Shown here: positions 1 through 8,468 of the stretch, piece after piece
Layout: each line of letters opens with the position of its first letter
How positions within the stretch are numbered: the first letter of the stretch is position 1
NCBI GenBank assembly: GCA_043818275.1
Contig: JBDRFY010000011.1
Coordinates: 1 to 20,099, forward strand
Source of the DNA: a bacterium
GTDB taxonomy: Bacteria > Babelota > Babeliae > Babelales > JAUWHS01
Reading direction: 5' to 3'
Length of the DNA: 20,099 nt
Program-made: the position numbers and the translations under genes
The notes under the pieces: generated by a model
What the model was told of the DNA's origin: nothing
The model's input: only the letters and a program-made list of their open reading frames with translations
Databases searched by the model: none

Positions 1-93
1 ACAACAATTCCTTATTGGAAATTACCTTTATCTGAATTTTTACGTTTAAATAAAGTTGAAAAATCTCTAAATTTGAAAGGAGCAATTATGTAA
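1..93 (+). CDS. Possible 3' end of an upstream gene (TTIPYWKLPLSEFLRLNKVEKSLNLKGAIM*), product unknown
   Basis: Frame +1 is open from base 1 to TAA at 91-93 and converges on the TolC stop. Too short to identify. Confidence 0.45.
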   Translation, partial: TTIPYWKLPLSEFLRLNKVEKSLNLKGAIM

Positions 94-148
94 CAAACCG
101 GAAATTTTAATGTTGCTGGAAAGCGGAAATTTTCACTTTGCTTTGACA

Positions 149-1435
149 TCAGATAGAGTAGTTGCAAACGAAATTCAGGTTGTTTTGTTTAACCGTGGTA
201 TTTATTTCTGTAGAAAGCCACTCAATTTGTTTGTTTTCCCAATTCGTTTTTGCATTTTCAAATGTGACAGCCGAGATATTTCCTATTTCAAATTCTTGTT
301 TTCTTAAGATAAATTCATTTTTTGCCTGTTTATATTCAACAAATTTTGCGTTTTGTTCTTTGATTGCCTTGTCTAAGTCATAATAGGCTGTCTGAACATC
401 CAGTTTGATTTGTTTAACGGTGCTTTCTTTTTCCATCATAGCCTTTAATTTTTTTGCATGCGTTTCGTTACTTTTATGAAAATTGGCTGAACCATCAAAC
501 ATATTCCAGGATAAATTTACACCAATATTTGATGTTACTTTATTTAAACGAACAACTGTTCCAGCGGTACTTCCAATTGTTGAAGATCTCGAAATTTCAC
601 CTTGGATACCAACTGATGGAAGATATGTGTTTTTGTAGTAATTTGTATTTAATTGTTCTTGTTCAACCATTGTTTGATAAGCTTTTATTTCAGGTCTGTT
701 TTCCATTGCTGTATTTATATAGTTTTCTAAATTGTTTAATGTGTGTGCTTTTTTTTGAGGGTTCCATTTTAAAATTGTTGAATCTTCTCCAGAAAAAAGA
801 GTTGTTCCTGTTAAACGTTCCAGTTGTTTTTGCGCAATATTTTTTTCATCGATGTAAAATTTTACAAATGATTCGTCTTTAGCATAATTTGCTTTTTCTA
901 TTAGCCATTGATTTTTATCTAAAAGATTAAGTTCATTTTTGTGTTCAGCTGATTTTATATTTTCTTTTGAAGATTTATTTAAAGCATTAATTGAATTTTG
1001 ACGTTCTTGTTCAAGAAAGGCATTCAAATATGCATTTTCAACTTCATTTCTTATTAAATTTTTATGAGAATCTTCCTGGTATTTGGATATAAGCGTTCCC
1101 TTTTTTGCAATCTTTTTTTGATCAATAGGATTTGCAAAACTATAAATTAATTGCGAGCCGCTTAATGTTATCTGATTTTGTAAATTTTTTGTTCCTCTGG
1201 CGTAAAATGAATAATTGTTTAAAGCTACTTGAGGTTTATAACCTGCGATTGCCTGTTTTTCTACATACACATTTGCCTGAGTGTTAAATTGTAACGCTTT
1301 AAGACTTGGCCGAAATTTATATGCCATTTCGACTGCTTCCTGCATGGATAAAATTTTTTGTTTTTCTTTTTCGCTTTGAGCGAATGAATAAAAAATAATT
1401 AAAAGGATAAAAAAACTAAAAAGTTGCCTCTTCAT
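149..1435 (-). CDS. TolC-family outer membrane efflux protein
   Basis: 428 aa with a signal peptide (MKRQLFSFFILLIIFYSFA). OEP-type segments LSMQEAVEMAYKFRPSL, AMENRPEI, YLPSV, NLSWNMFDG, VQTAYYDL and QEFEIGNIS. Confidence 0.9.
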   Translation of the reverse strand: MKRQLFSFFILLIIFYSFAQSEKEKQKILSMQEAVEMAYKFRPSLKALQFNTQANVYVEKQAIAGYKPQVALNNYSFYARGTKNLQNQITLSGSQLIYSFANPIDQKKIAKKGTLISKYQEDSHKNLIRNEVENAYLNAFLEQERQNSINALNKSSKENIKSAEHKNELNLLDKNQWLIEKANYAKDESFVKFYIDEKNIAQKQLERLTGTTLFSGEDSTILKWNPQKKAHTLNNLENYINTAMENRPEIKAYQTMVEQEQLNTNYYKNTYLPSVGIQGEISRSSTIGSTAGTVVRLNKVTSNIGVNLSWNMFDGSANFHKSNETHAKKLKAMMEKESTVKQIKLDVQTAYYDLDKAIKEQNAKFVEYKQAKNEFILRKQEFEIGNISAVTFENAKTNWENKQIEWLSTEINTTVKQNNLNFVCNYSI

Positions 1436-2636
1436 AATGTCCCCGTTCTTTTTTTAAATCTAATTCTGGCTTTTGCATGATTTTATAAATTTTTTCTGAT
1501 AACTTCTCAGGGGTTAGTTTATACATACAATTATCTTTATCACCAGCTTTTTGAGATTTTTCTCCATGAGTCTTTTGATAATGGTGAGGACAATCAATTT
1601 GAATAGCGTTTTTAATATTTTCTTTTTTTAAAAATGGACCATGGCGTAAAGCTAAGGTTGGTCCAAAAATAGCAATTGTTTCCGTTCCAAGGTAATCACC
1701 AAGATGTAATATTCCTGTATCTGGAGCGACTAAAAGATTTGTTTTTGTGATTAAATAAGCTGTGGTTAATAAATCCCATTTTGGAACAAAGACAACATTC
1801 AAATTTTTTTCTTTTATGTATTCAGATAAAATTAATGCTTGTTCTCCAAAATATTGTCCAAGAAGCGCAGCGGTTGTATTTTGAATTTTATTCTCCTTTA
1901 GGGAGTCCTTCGAAGCTTTTTCTCTTTCGCTAAAGCTACAAAGAATATTCTCCGTAGTTTTAACGGAGGAGGAAGCGAAGTAGGATTTATCTAAAATATT
2001 TAGTAAATTTTGCCAATTTGATGTTGGCCAGTGTTTGGAGGGCCAGGTGGTGCTTGGGGCTAAAAGTAAGAGTTTATTAATTTTATTTTCAGCCAACCAT
2101 TTATCAACTTCGTCCTTTTTGTGTTTTGGGTAATTTAAATAAAAATTATTTTGCAAGCTATTTATAGCGGGACTTGATTTGTAGGTTGAATTTATTTTTA
2201 GCAACGCATGAGAAACAAGAGCCATGTTTTTTTGAATAATATTTGTATATTTTGGAGTTATTTGTTTGTGCGTAAAAAAGGTTGTGATACCCGCACGCGC
2301 GTTATTTTTATCAAAACCTATTTTTAAGCCTTTTAAAAAAGATAAAATTACAGAAGTTTTTAAAATTCCCTGAAAATCCAGAATTACATCCCAATTTGTT
2401 TTTCTGATTTCTTTGACAATTTTTGTTGTTTCGGCCCAATTTTTTCTTTTTAAAAATTTATCTGGCAAAACCCAGACATTTTCAAGAAATGATTGCTCAA
2501 ATAAAAGGTGAGCTGCTTTTTTTTGTACCACCCAGCTGATTTTGGCATCCGGAATTATTTTTTTTATTAAAAAAATAGCAGGAAAAGTATGAATTACATC
2601 ACCAATTGCAGAAACTCTCAAAATTAAAATTTTCAT
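1416..2636 (-). CDS. Glycosyltransferase family 9 (LPS heptosyltransferase WaaC/WaaF-like) carrying an in-frame palindromic insertion
   Basis: Motifs MKILILRVSAIGDVIHTFP, DVILDFQG, WPSKHWP, DTGILHL and AIFGPT. Overlaps the TolC start by 20 nt. Confidence 0.92.
   Translation of the reverse strand: MKILILRVSAIGDVIHTFPAIFLIKKIIPDAKISWVVQKKAAHLLFEQSFLENVWVLPDKFLKRKNWAETTKIVKEIRKTNWDVILDFQGILKTSVILSFLKGLKIGFDKNNARAGITTFFTHKQITPKYTNIIQKNMALVSHALLKINSTYKSSPAINSLQNNFYLNYPKHKKDEVDKWLAENKINKLLLLAPSTTWPSKHWPTSNWQNLLNILDKSYFASSSVKTTENILCSFSEREKASKDSLKENKIQNTTAALLGQYFGEQALILSEYIKEKNLNVVFVPKWDLLTTAYLITKTNLLVAPDTGILHLGDYLGTETIAIFGPTLALRHGPFLKKENIKNAIQIDCPHHYQKTHGEKSQKAGDKDNCMYKLTPEKLSEKIYKIMQKPELDLKKERGHYEEATF
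1904..1987. repeat. Nested palindromic (REP/REPIN-like) element inside the GT9 CDS
   Basis: Outer arms TCCTTCGAAG (1906-1915) and CGAAGTAGGA (1976-1985) enclose two inverted 26-nt units (1920-1945 and 1948-1973; 19/26 match, all differences transitions). TCGCTAAAGCTA (1927-1938) is the exact reverse complement of 8293-8304. Confidence 0.8.
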
Positions 2637-2790
2637 TATGACTCCGCATGCTTTTTTGTTTTATTACATGTTTTAATGAAAAATTATTTTAACTTAAATT
2701 TGATAAAAGTAGAATTTTTCCTTATTAAAATTTATCATCTATAGTGTCTTGTTTGTGTAATATTATAAAATTTTAATTTGTTGTGGGATT

Positions 2791-5580
2791 ATGGTTATGG
2801 CATATATGCAAAATTTACTAAATTACAAAATATTTATTTTCCTGATATTTTTAAGCGCAGTTATTTTATTTTTTTATTTTGGTGTAAACAAGAAAAAATT
2901 AGAAAAAATTAAAAATTTTTATAGGGCAAAAATGACAAAATTTGAAATTCCTAAAAACAATATCGTAAAGGTAAAACTTGATAATGGTATGAATATTTTG
3001 ATTTTTAAAAATGATTCGGTACCAAAAGTTTTAGTTCAAATTGCTTATGATATTGGATCATATGTTGAGCAGGAAGGGGAGCGGGGACTTGCTCATTTAA
3101 TTGAACATATGATTTTTAAGGGAACGGATGAATTATCTGAAACTGATATTGATACAATCGCGAAAAAATATGGCGCGACTCTTAACGCGTATACTTCCAA
3201 AGACATAACGAGTTATTTTTTTGAAGCAGATAAAAACAACTGGAAACCGTTTATTGGAATTCTTGCCGATTGTATGCAAAATGCTCGGTTTGACGAGCAA
3301 CACCTTGCTTCAGAGCTTAAAACTGTAATTCAGGAATTAAGAATGTACAAAGATTATTACTGGCGAAATATGCTGGAGAAAGCAAGTGAAATTATTTTTC
3401 CGACAAATCATCCGTACCATCGTCCTGTAATTGGGTATAAAGAAGATTTAATGCAATTATCTGCGCAAAATTTAAAAAAATTTTATAAAGAACATTATTC
3501 TCCAGATCATGCGACTTTATTTATTGTTGGGGATATTGATATTGATGAGGTGATAAGTTTTGCGAAAGAAAAATTTGGAAATATTAAAGGAACAGACAAT
3601 CGCATTGATTATCCGGAAAAATATTTTTTCCCAATTCAAAATGATTTATCAGCTAATAAAACAGTAATTTATGAAGATATTCAAAATGAACAATTAGGAT
3701 TTTATTGGCTGATTCCGGGATTAAAAGAAAAAACAGAAGTTATAGCAGATGTTGTAGAATTTGTTTTGGGTGAAGGGCAGGGAAGCAGGCTTCATAAAAG
3801 ATTAGTTGATGAAGAAAAGGTGGCGACAGGCATTGGAGTTATGGCTCATCAGATGATGGAATCAGGAGAATTTTTAATTTTTGTTGAGCCGATACCTGGA
3901 AAAAGTGAAGATTGCAGAAAAATAATACAGGAAGAAATAGCAAAATTAATTAATGATGGAATAAGCGAGAAAGAATTACAAAAAATTGTAAAAACAAAAA
4001 GAAGAGCTTTTTTTCAGGAATTACAAAGTTTGAGTGGTTTTACAAATGAATGGATTCAGTCTTATTTAGCACATAAAAATGAATTCGCATTGTTTGAAAA
4101 AATAAATGAATTTAATAATGTTGATTCAGATAATGTTCAGGAATTTGCCACTTTATATCTGGATCCATTTTTGATGAATCAGATTGAAATTTTGCCGATT
4201 CCAGAAAGCAAAAGAAAATTATGGGAAGAAAATAAAAAGAAATCAGACGAATTAGATCAAAAAATTTTATCTCAATATATTCGGACAACAAAACTTGAGG
4301 AACCCAGATTTGAAAAAACTTTACCAAAACCAAATAAACTGGAATTTAATTTTCCTAAACCAACTCAAACTTTTACTCTTAATAATGGTCTTGATGTTAT
4401 AGTTCACAAGGATAGTTTTTGGCCTATTTTTTCATTTAATTTACAATTCAAAGAAGCAGAATTTTTATCTGAGTCAAAAGATGGCATTCTCCTCAGCTTG
4501 TTAATGGCAATGCTTACAGAAGGAAGCATAGATTTACCAAAAGAAGAATTAATAGATTTTTTTGAAACAAGGGGTGCGAGTGTTTCTCTTGATGAATCAG
4601 GAGTTGGTCTTTCTGGTTTAAGTGAGGATATGTCTGATTTAGTTTCAAAACTATTTTATGTAATGACAAATCCGGATTTTAGTGAAAATTCTTTGGATAA
4701 ATTAAAAATCGTTTTTATTGATTCTTTTAATCGGGCAAAAGATTCTTCCAAGGCTGTTGCCTTGAATTTGTTAAAAAATGAAATTTATCGTGGATTGTCT
4801 TATGACTGGACTTTTGATCAAGCAATTGAAATTTTAAGCAAGGCTACGATTAAGGATTTGCAAAATTTGCACAAAAAATTATTGTCTCCCGAAAACATGA
4901 TTTTATCTGTTGCGGGTGAATTTGAAGATGAAAAAGTTAAAGTTTTAATTGAAAAAACTTTTACATCCTGGTCAGGTGAAAAATTTGAAACTGAAAAATG
5001 GCACAAATCAGAATTTCGGCCAAATGATAAAATAGATCATTCTATGCTTAGGGATCAGGTAGTTTTATATTTTGGAAAACCAAGCAGTCTGACTATTTAC
5101 GATGATGATTTAATTCCTGTAAAAATTTTAAATTTGATTAGTTTTTCATCACTTGGATCACGTTTATTAAAATTAAGAGAGCAAACAGGGATCTTTTATA
5201 CCGCCACAGGAACGTTTGCTGCCAACGCGACAAGATTTCCGGGCTATGACTTTGTTGGTACTGTTTTAAGCGTGGATAAGCTTGATGAAGCTGAAAAATT
5301 GATAAAAAAACTGGTAGATGAGATTGGTAAAAATGGTATAAAACAAAGTGAAATTGATGCGGCAAAACAGCAATATTTAAAAACATTAATTGATTTAACC
5401 GCGAGCAATGAGGCTATTGCCATGATGCTTGCCAGATTGAAATCCTTTGAGCTTGGTTTTGATTATTATGATAAGGTATTAAATCGAATTCAGAGAATGG
5501 GTATCGAAGAATTAAATGAAATTGCATCAAAATATTTTAATTCAAAAGATTTTGCCAGAGTTCGTGTTGGCAGAATTTAG
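2791..5580 (+). CDS. M16 (insulinase/PqqL-like) zinc metallopeptidase with fused N- and C-halves and an N-terminal membrane anchor
   Basis: HxxEH motif in GLAHLIEHMIFKGT, plus LNAYTS, HPYHRPVIG, SRLHKRLV and SRLLKLREQTG. The second half lacks HxxEH. Start may be at 2791, 2797 or 2806. Confidence 0.92.
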   Translation: MVMAYMQNLLNYKIFIFLIFLSAVILFFYFGVNKKKLEKIKNFYRAKMTKFEIPKNNIVKVKLDNGMNILIFKNDSVPKVLVQIAYDIGSYVEQEGERGLAHLIEHMIFKGTDELSETDIDTIAKKYGATLNAYTSKDITSYFFEADKNNWKPFIGILADCMQNARFDEQHLASELKTVIQELRMYKDYYWRNMLEKASEIIFPTNHPYHRPVIGYKEDLMQLSAQNLKKFYKEHYSPDHATLFIVGDIDIDEVISFAKEKFGNIKGTDNRIDYPEKYFFPIQNDLSANKTVIYEDIQNEQLGFYWLIPGLKEKTEVIADVVEFVLGEGQGSRLHKRLVDEEKVATGIGVMAHQMMESGEFLIFVEPIPGKSEDCRKIIQEEIAKLINDGISEKELQKIVKTKRRAFFQELQSLSGFTNEWIQSYLAHKNEFALFEKINEFNNVDSDNVQEFATLYLDPFLMNQIEILPIPESKRKLWEENKKKSDELDQKILSQYIRTTKLEEPRFEKTLPKPNKLEFNFPKPTQTFTLNNGLDVIVHKDSFWPIFSFNLQFKEAEFLSESKDGILLSLLMAMLTEGSIDLPKEELIDFFETRGASVSLDESGVGLSGLSEDMSDLVSKLFYVMTNPDFSENSLDKLKIVFIDSFNRAKDSSKAVALNLLKNEIYRGLSYDWTFDQAIEILSKATIKDLQNLHKKLLSPENMILSVAGEFEDEKVKVLIEKTFTSWSGEKFETEKWHKSEFRPNDKIDHSMLRDQVVLYFGKPSSLTIYDDDLIPVKILNLISFSSLGSRLLKLREQTGIFYTATGTFAANATRFPGYDFVGTVLSVDKLDEAEKLIKKLVDEIGKNGIKQSEIDAAKQQYLKTLIDLTASNEAIAMMLARLKSFELGFDYYDKVLNRIQRMGIEELNEIASKYFNSKDFARVRVGRI

Positions 5581-5828
5581 TTTTTAAATTTGTTATAAAT
5601 TTTTAGAATTATTGCTGTTATTGGATTGCAACTTAAAACTCTCAGTGTAATTAATGGAATTGCCAAATAAAATGGTTTTTGTTGAAATGTTATTTTGGCA
5701 TATTCAGAACATCGGACATGATAAATACAAACACCGACATTTCTCATGCCTAAAGATAAACGAATTGATGTGTATACAGCTTCAATAAAAGAAAAAATAA
5801 TTGGTTTAATTTGTTTAATTTTATTCAA
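5577..5828 (-). CDS. yidD: Membrane protein insertion efficiency factor YidD
   Basis: Three-Cys pattern CIYHVRCSEYA...LRVLSCNP. Lies directly downstream of rnpA. Confidence 0.82.
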   Translation of the reverse strand: MNKIKQIKPIIFSFIEAVYTSIRLSLGMRNVGVCIYHVRCSEYAKITFQQKPFYLAIPLITLRVLSCNPITAIILKIYNKFKN

Positions 5829-6195
5829 AACTTTCTACCAAAAATTGTTTTAACTGATCAAAAGTTAAGTTTAAAGCTTGTTTATATGTGATTAAAATTG
5901 AAATGAATGGTTTTGCGTATAATTTTTGTTCATAAAATATATTTTTGATTCTTCGGCGAAGCTGATTTCTTTCATGCGCTTTGCCAACTTTGCCTGAAAT
6001 TATGATTAAAATTTTTCCGGTATTTTCTTTAATTTGATTTTCAAACGTTTTAGCAAATTCTTCAATTTTTAATTTTTTAATTTCTTCGATTGGAAATTGC
6101 AATAATTTTAGACCGTTTGTTTGGTTTTTAAGCTTGGCTAGCTTGAAAGCTAAGCTAATTTCTTTTTGACTGAACCTAAATAAATCTTTAAACAT
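5821..6195 (-). CDS. rnpA: Ribonuclease P protein component
   Basis: RNR-type motif ISGKVGKAHERNQLRRRIK. Lies downstream of rpmH. Confidence 0.93.
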   Translation of the reverse strand: MFKDLFRFSQKEISLAFKLAKLKNQTNGLKLLQFPIEEIKKLKIEEFAKTFENQIKENTGKILIIISGKVGKAHERNQLRRRIKNIFYEQKLYAKPFISILITYKQALNLTFDQLKQFLVESFE

Positions 6196-6225
6196 AAATT
6201 TTCATTCTGAAACATTATTTACTTA

Positions 6226-6252
6226 GAAAAATAGGGCTGAAATTTCAGCCCT
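6226..6252 (-). terminator. Rho-independent terminator-like hairpin between rpmH and rnpA
   Basis: Perfect 20-nt palindrome AGGGCTGAAATTTCAGCCCT (6233-6252) followed on the minus strand by ATTTTTC. Confidence 0.7.
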
Positions 6253-6258
6253 TAAAAT

Positions 6259-6417
6259 TTACTTGGTACCGCGAAATTCATCGCTAACCGATAGTTTCTT
6301 GCGGCCTTTGGCTCTTCTTCGGTTAAGAATTTTGCGGCCATCTTTACTTTTCATTCTTTTTCTGAAGCCGTGTTTTCTTTTTCTTTTAATATTGCTTGGT
6401 TTATAAGTTTCTGACAT
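6259..6417 (-). CDS. rpmH: 50S ribosomal protein L34 (52 aa, absent from ORF track)
   Basis: Manual translation gives [52 protein letters not shown], with the L34 signature HGFRxRM...RRRAKGR. Confidence 0.97.
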   Translation of the reverse strand: MSETYKPSNIKRKRKHGFRKRMKSKDGRKILNRRRAKGRKKLSVSDEFRGTK

Positions 6418-6467
6418 TGTGCTTCCTATATCGTTAATTTTATCTTTAATATTTCCAGGAAGCTCTT

Positions 6468-6496
6468 ATTTTAATGGATAAATTGTAATCGTGCAA
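6468..6496 (-). promoter_or_regulatory. Sigma70-type promoter for rpmH-rnpA-yidD
   Basis: On the minus strand, TTGCAC (6496-6491), a 17-nt spacer and TAAAAT (6473-6468). Confidence 0.65.
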
Positions 6497-6513
6497 CAAT
6501 AAAAAGACAGCTT

Positions 6514-7890
6514 TTATTTTGTTAGGGTATAAATTATATAATTTAGGGTTTTTTCGCGACAGGCAATTTGATTTAAAGTATTCATATTGATAGGCATATT
6601 CGTTTTATCCAGTTGTTCATATGGCGATTTGAAATGAATAAATTCTCTTAAGCGATTGTGGCTTAACAAATGTAAATAATTTTGAATATCATTTTCATCA
6701 GCCATAATATTTTCAGCGTATGTGATTTGATCTATTAAAATTTCTTCTTTTAGCTGTTGTTCTGCAAGAAGGGCAACCTGTCTGTAGAATTCTTTCTGTG
6801 TTCTGTAAACCTGAAAATCCGGTTTTTTCATCAAATTTAGCAAGATATCTTCTTGTCTTCTTATTGAAATATGGGCTGGAATTTCAAATCTGTGTTTGGA
6901 TAAAAGAAGGTGAAAAAGTTCTTCTATTATTGAGTATCTTTGCGAAAGATCATCTTTAAAAGAAAAAGCTTCTATTAATTTTTTGTGAACATCCTGTTTG
7001 CTTTTTAATTTGAAGGCGGCTTTAAAAAGATCAATAGAGAATGATCCGCCTTTTGTTATCTCTCTTATTTTTATTAAAAAGCGAAAACTATTACTTTCTC
7101 CGTCCAGCAAAGAATCTTCTTCGATTGGCATATTTGTTGTAATGAATGTGTCGTCAATGTTTTTTCCGATGAGTGTTTTTTGAAAAGAGCAAGTTAAGTT
7201 TTTTGAATTTATTTTTATGCAGAAGCTGTTTTTTTTATTTTCCCAGATTTGTTTATTATTTTTGTCCAATAAAGTAGCATCAAAAATTACCCAGTCATAT
7301 TCTTCGATGGAAAGTGTTTTTTGTTTTTTATTTATCATTGATTCTTGTTTGATAAAATTTTCTACCTGTTTATCCAGATCTTTATATTTTTTTCTTTTGG
7401 GTGGTCTGAATATAAAATGTTTCCATTCTTTTAGTGAAACGGTTTCTGCGACAGAAAGATCGAAAATGAATTTTAAATTAAAATCGTTATCTTTAATTAT
7501 TCTTATTAATCTTGGGTAGTTTGCTATAGAAATTTTTAATTCTTTTATTTTATAAATTAAAAAATCAAATACGAAATATTTAAATATGAAGATTTTTATT
7601 TTTTCAAAAACCTCGTTTTGATGCTTAATTTCTATGTATTCCGCAGGCGTTTTGTTTTTTTCAAATTCTAAAATTGTTGAATTTTCCCTATATAATTCAA
7701 TTGTTTGATTATAAATATTTTTTACCGTTTCTGGGCCGACATTTATTGTTATTTGCATTAAATGTGAAGATAAATTTTTAACAGTAAAAGTTAAGTCGGA
7801 AAAAATAGAACTTATTGGTTTTTTAGGGATTTTTTTAATATATGAATTTTTTATATCTTGGGATTCGGTTTCGGTTAATGCATCAATCAT
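6514..7890 (-). CDS. tig: Divergent trigger factor-like protein
   Basis: 458 aa. Segments recall the TF N-domain (QITINVGPETV...EFEKNKTP), FKBP-like region (EEYDWVIFDATL, LIGKNIDD) and C-domain (FEIPAH, LIDQITYAENI). Lies downstream of tRNA-Leu, as tig does in several bacterial groups. Confidence 0.7.
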   Translation of the reverse strand: MIDALTETESQDIKNSYIKKIPKKPISSIFSDLTFTVKNLSSHLMQITINVGPETVKNIYNQTIELYRENSTILEFEKNKTPAEYIEIKHQNEVFEKIKIFIFKYFVFDFLIYKIKELKISIANYPRLIRIIKDNDFNLKFIFDLSVAETVSLKEWKHFIFRPPKRKKYKDLDKQVENFIKQESMINKKQKTLSIEEYDWVIFDATLLDKNNKQIWENKKNSFCIKINSKNLTCSFQKTLIGKNIDDTFITTNMPIEEDSLLDGESNSFRFLIKIREITKGGSFSIDLFKAAFKLKSKQDVHKKLIEAFSFKDDLSQRYSIIEELFHLLLSKHRFEIPAHISIRRQEDILLNLMKKPDFQVYRTQKEFYRQVALLAEQQLKEEILIDQITYAENIMADENDIQNYLHLLSHNRLREFIHFKSPYEQLDKTNMPINMNTLNQIACREKTLNYIIYTLTK

Positions 7891-8028
7891 AAATTTTCTC
7901 CTTTTTCAGATAATTTATTTTTTTAAATTATATAAGAAGTTACAAAATATTAATAATTTAGATTTATCTGATTGATAGACCTGAAAAAACAATGTTTTTG
8001 AAAAAATAAAATTTTTATTTAAGAATCA

Positions 8029-8115
8029 TGGTGCAAGGAGGGGGAGTCGAACCCCCACGCCCTTTCGGGAACTGGCTCCTAAGGCCAGCGCGTCTACCAG
8101 TTCCGCCATCCTTGC
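8029..8115 (-). tRNA. tRNA-Leu (anticodon TAG)
   Basis: 87 nt, GCAAGGA...TCCTTGC-A-CCA. Anticodon arm CTGGC-CTTAGGA-GCCAG, long variable arm and GTTCGA T-loop. Confidence 0.97.
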
Positions 8116-8135
8116 ATGGCTAAAATTTTAAAAAT

Positions 8136-8311
8136 GGCCAGAATCCTTTGACTTCGCTTCCTGCTTTGCATGACATGCAGGATTATTGGGCGAAATCTGG
8201 CCTGCCAGCCGCCCTTCGATGCGCTACGCTTACTCAGGATGAGCGGGTATGAAAAAATGTTGAAACTTCGAAGAAAGGCGACTTGTCCGCCATAGCTTTA
8301 GCGACGGCGGA
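8136..8311. repeat. Mosaic of palindromic elements in the tRNA-Lys/tRNA-Leu spacer
   Basis: GGCCAGA/TCTGGCC-closed multi-stem (8136-8202); CCTTCGA...CTCAGGATGAGCGG unit (8209-8246); ACTTCGAAGAA (8265-8275, identical to 19040-19050); TCCGCC-ATAG-CTTTAG-CGAC-GGCGGA (8286-8311). Confidence 0.8.
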
Positions 8312-8315
8312 AGGG

Positions 8316-8391
8316 TGGTGGGTCGCCGGGGAATCGAACCCCGAACCTGCAGATTAAGAGTCTGTTGCTCTACCAATTGAGCTAGCAACCC
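8316..8391 (-). tRNA. tRNA-Lys (anticodon CTT)
   Basis: 76 nt, GGGTTGC...GCGACCC-A-CCA. Anticodon loop CTCTTAA, D arm GCTC/GAGC and T arm CGGGG-TTCGATT-CCCCG. Confidence 0.97.
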
Positions 8392-8468
8392 AATATTTCA
8401 AAAATTTATTTTAGAATGAAATTAAGTATAAACAAAATTTATATAAATTGAATAATTTTTATGATTGT

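Noticed and set aside
76..93. Strong SD-like AAAGGAG followed by ATG-TAA
   Set aside because: More simply read as the last codons (KGAIM*) of the upstream partial ORF. There is no evidence for a start-stop element.
110..882. Plus-strand ORFs 110-307, 162-383 and 454-882
   Set aside because: Antisense shadows of the TolC gene with no recognisable motifs.
6030..6095. Extra charged segment in RnpA (IEEIKKLKIEEFAKTFENQIKE)
   Set aside because: The DNA is AT-rich and not clearly palindromic, so it is not attributable to the repeat family. It may be ordinary loop variation.
6473..6481. DnaA-box-like TTATCCATT (minus strand) in the rpmH promoter
   Set aside because: Only 7/9 match to TTATCCACA, single copy, and no dnaA nearby.
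4112..7519. Short ORFs 4112-4333, 4818-5006, 5138-5386, 6998-7183 and 7217-7519
   Set aside because: Antisense to well-supported long genes.
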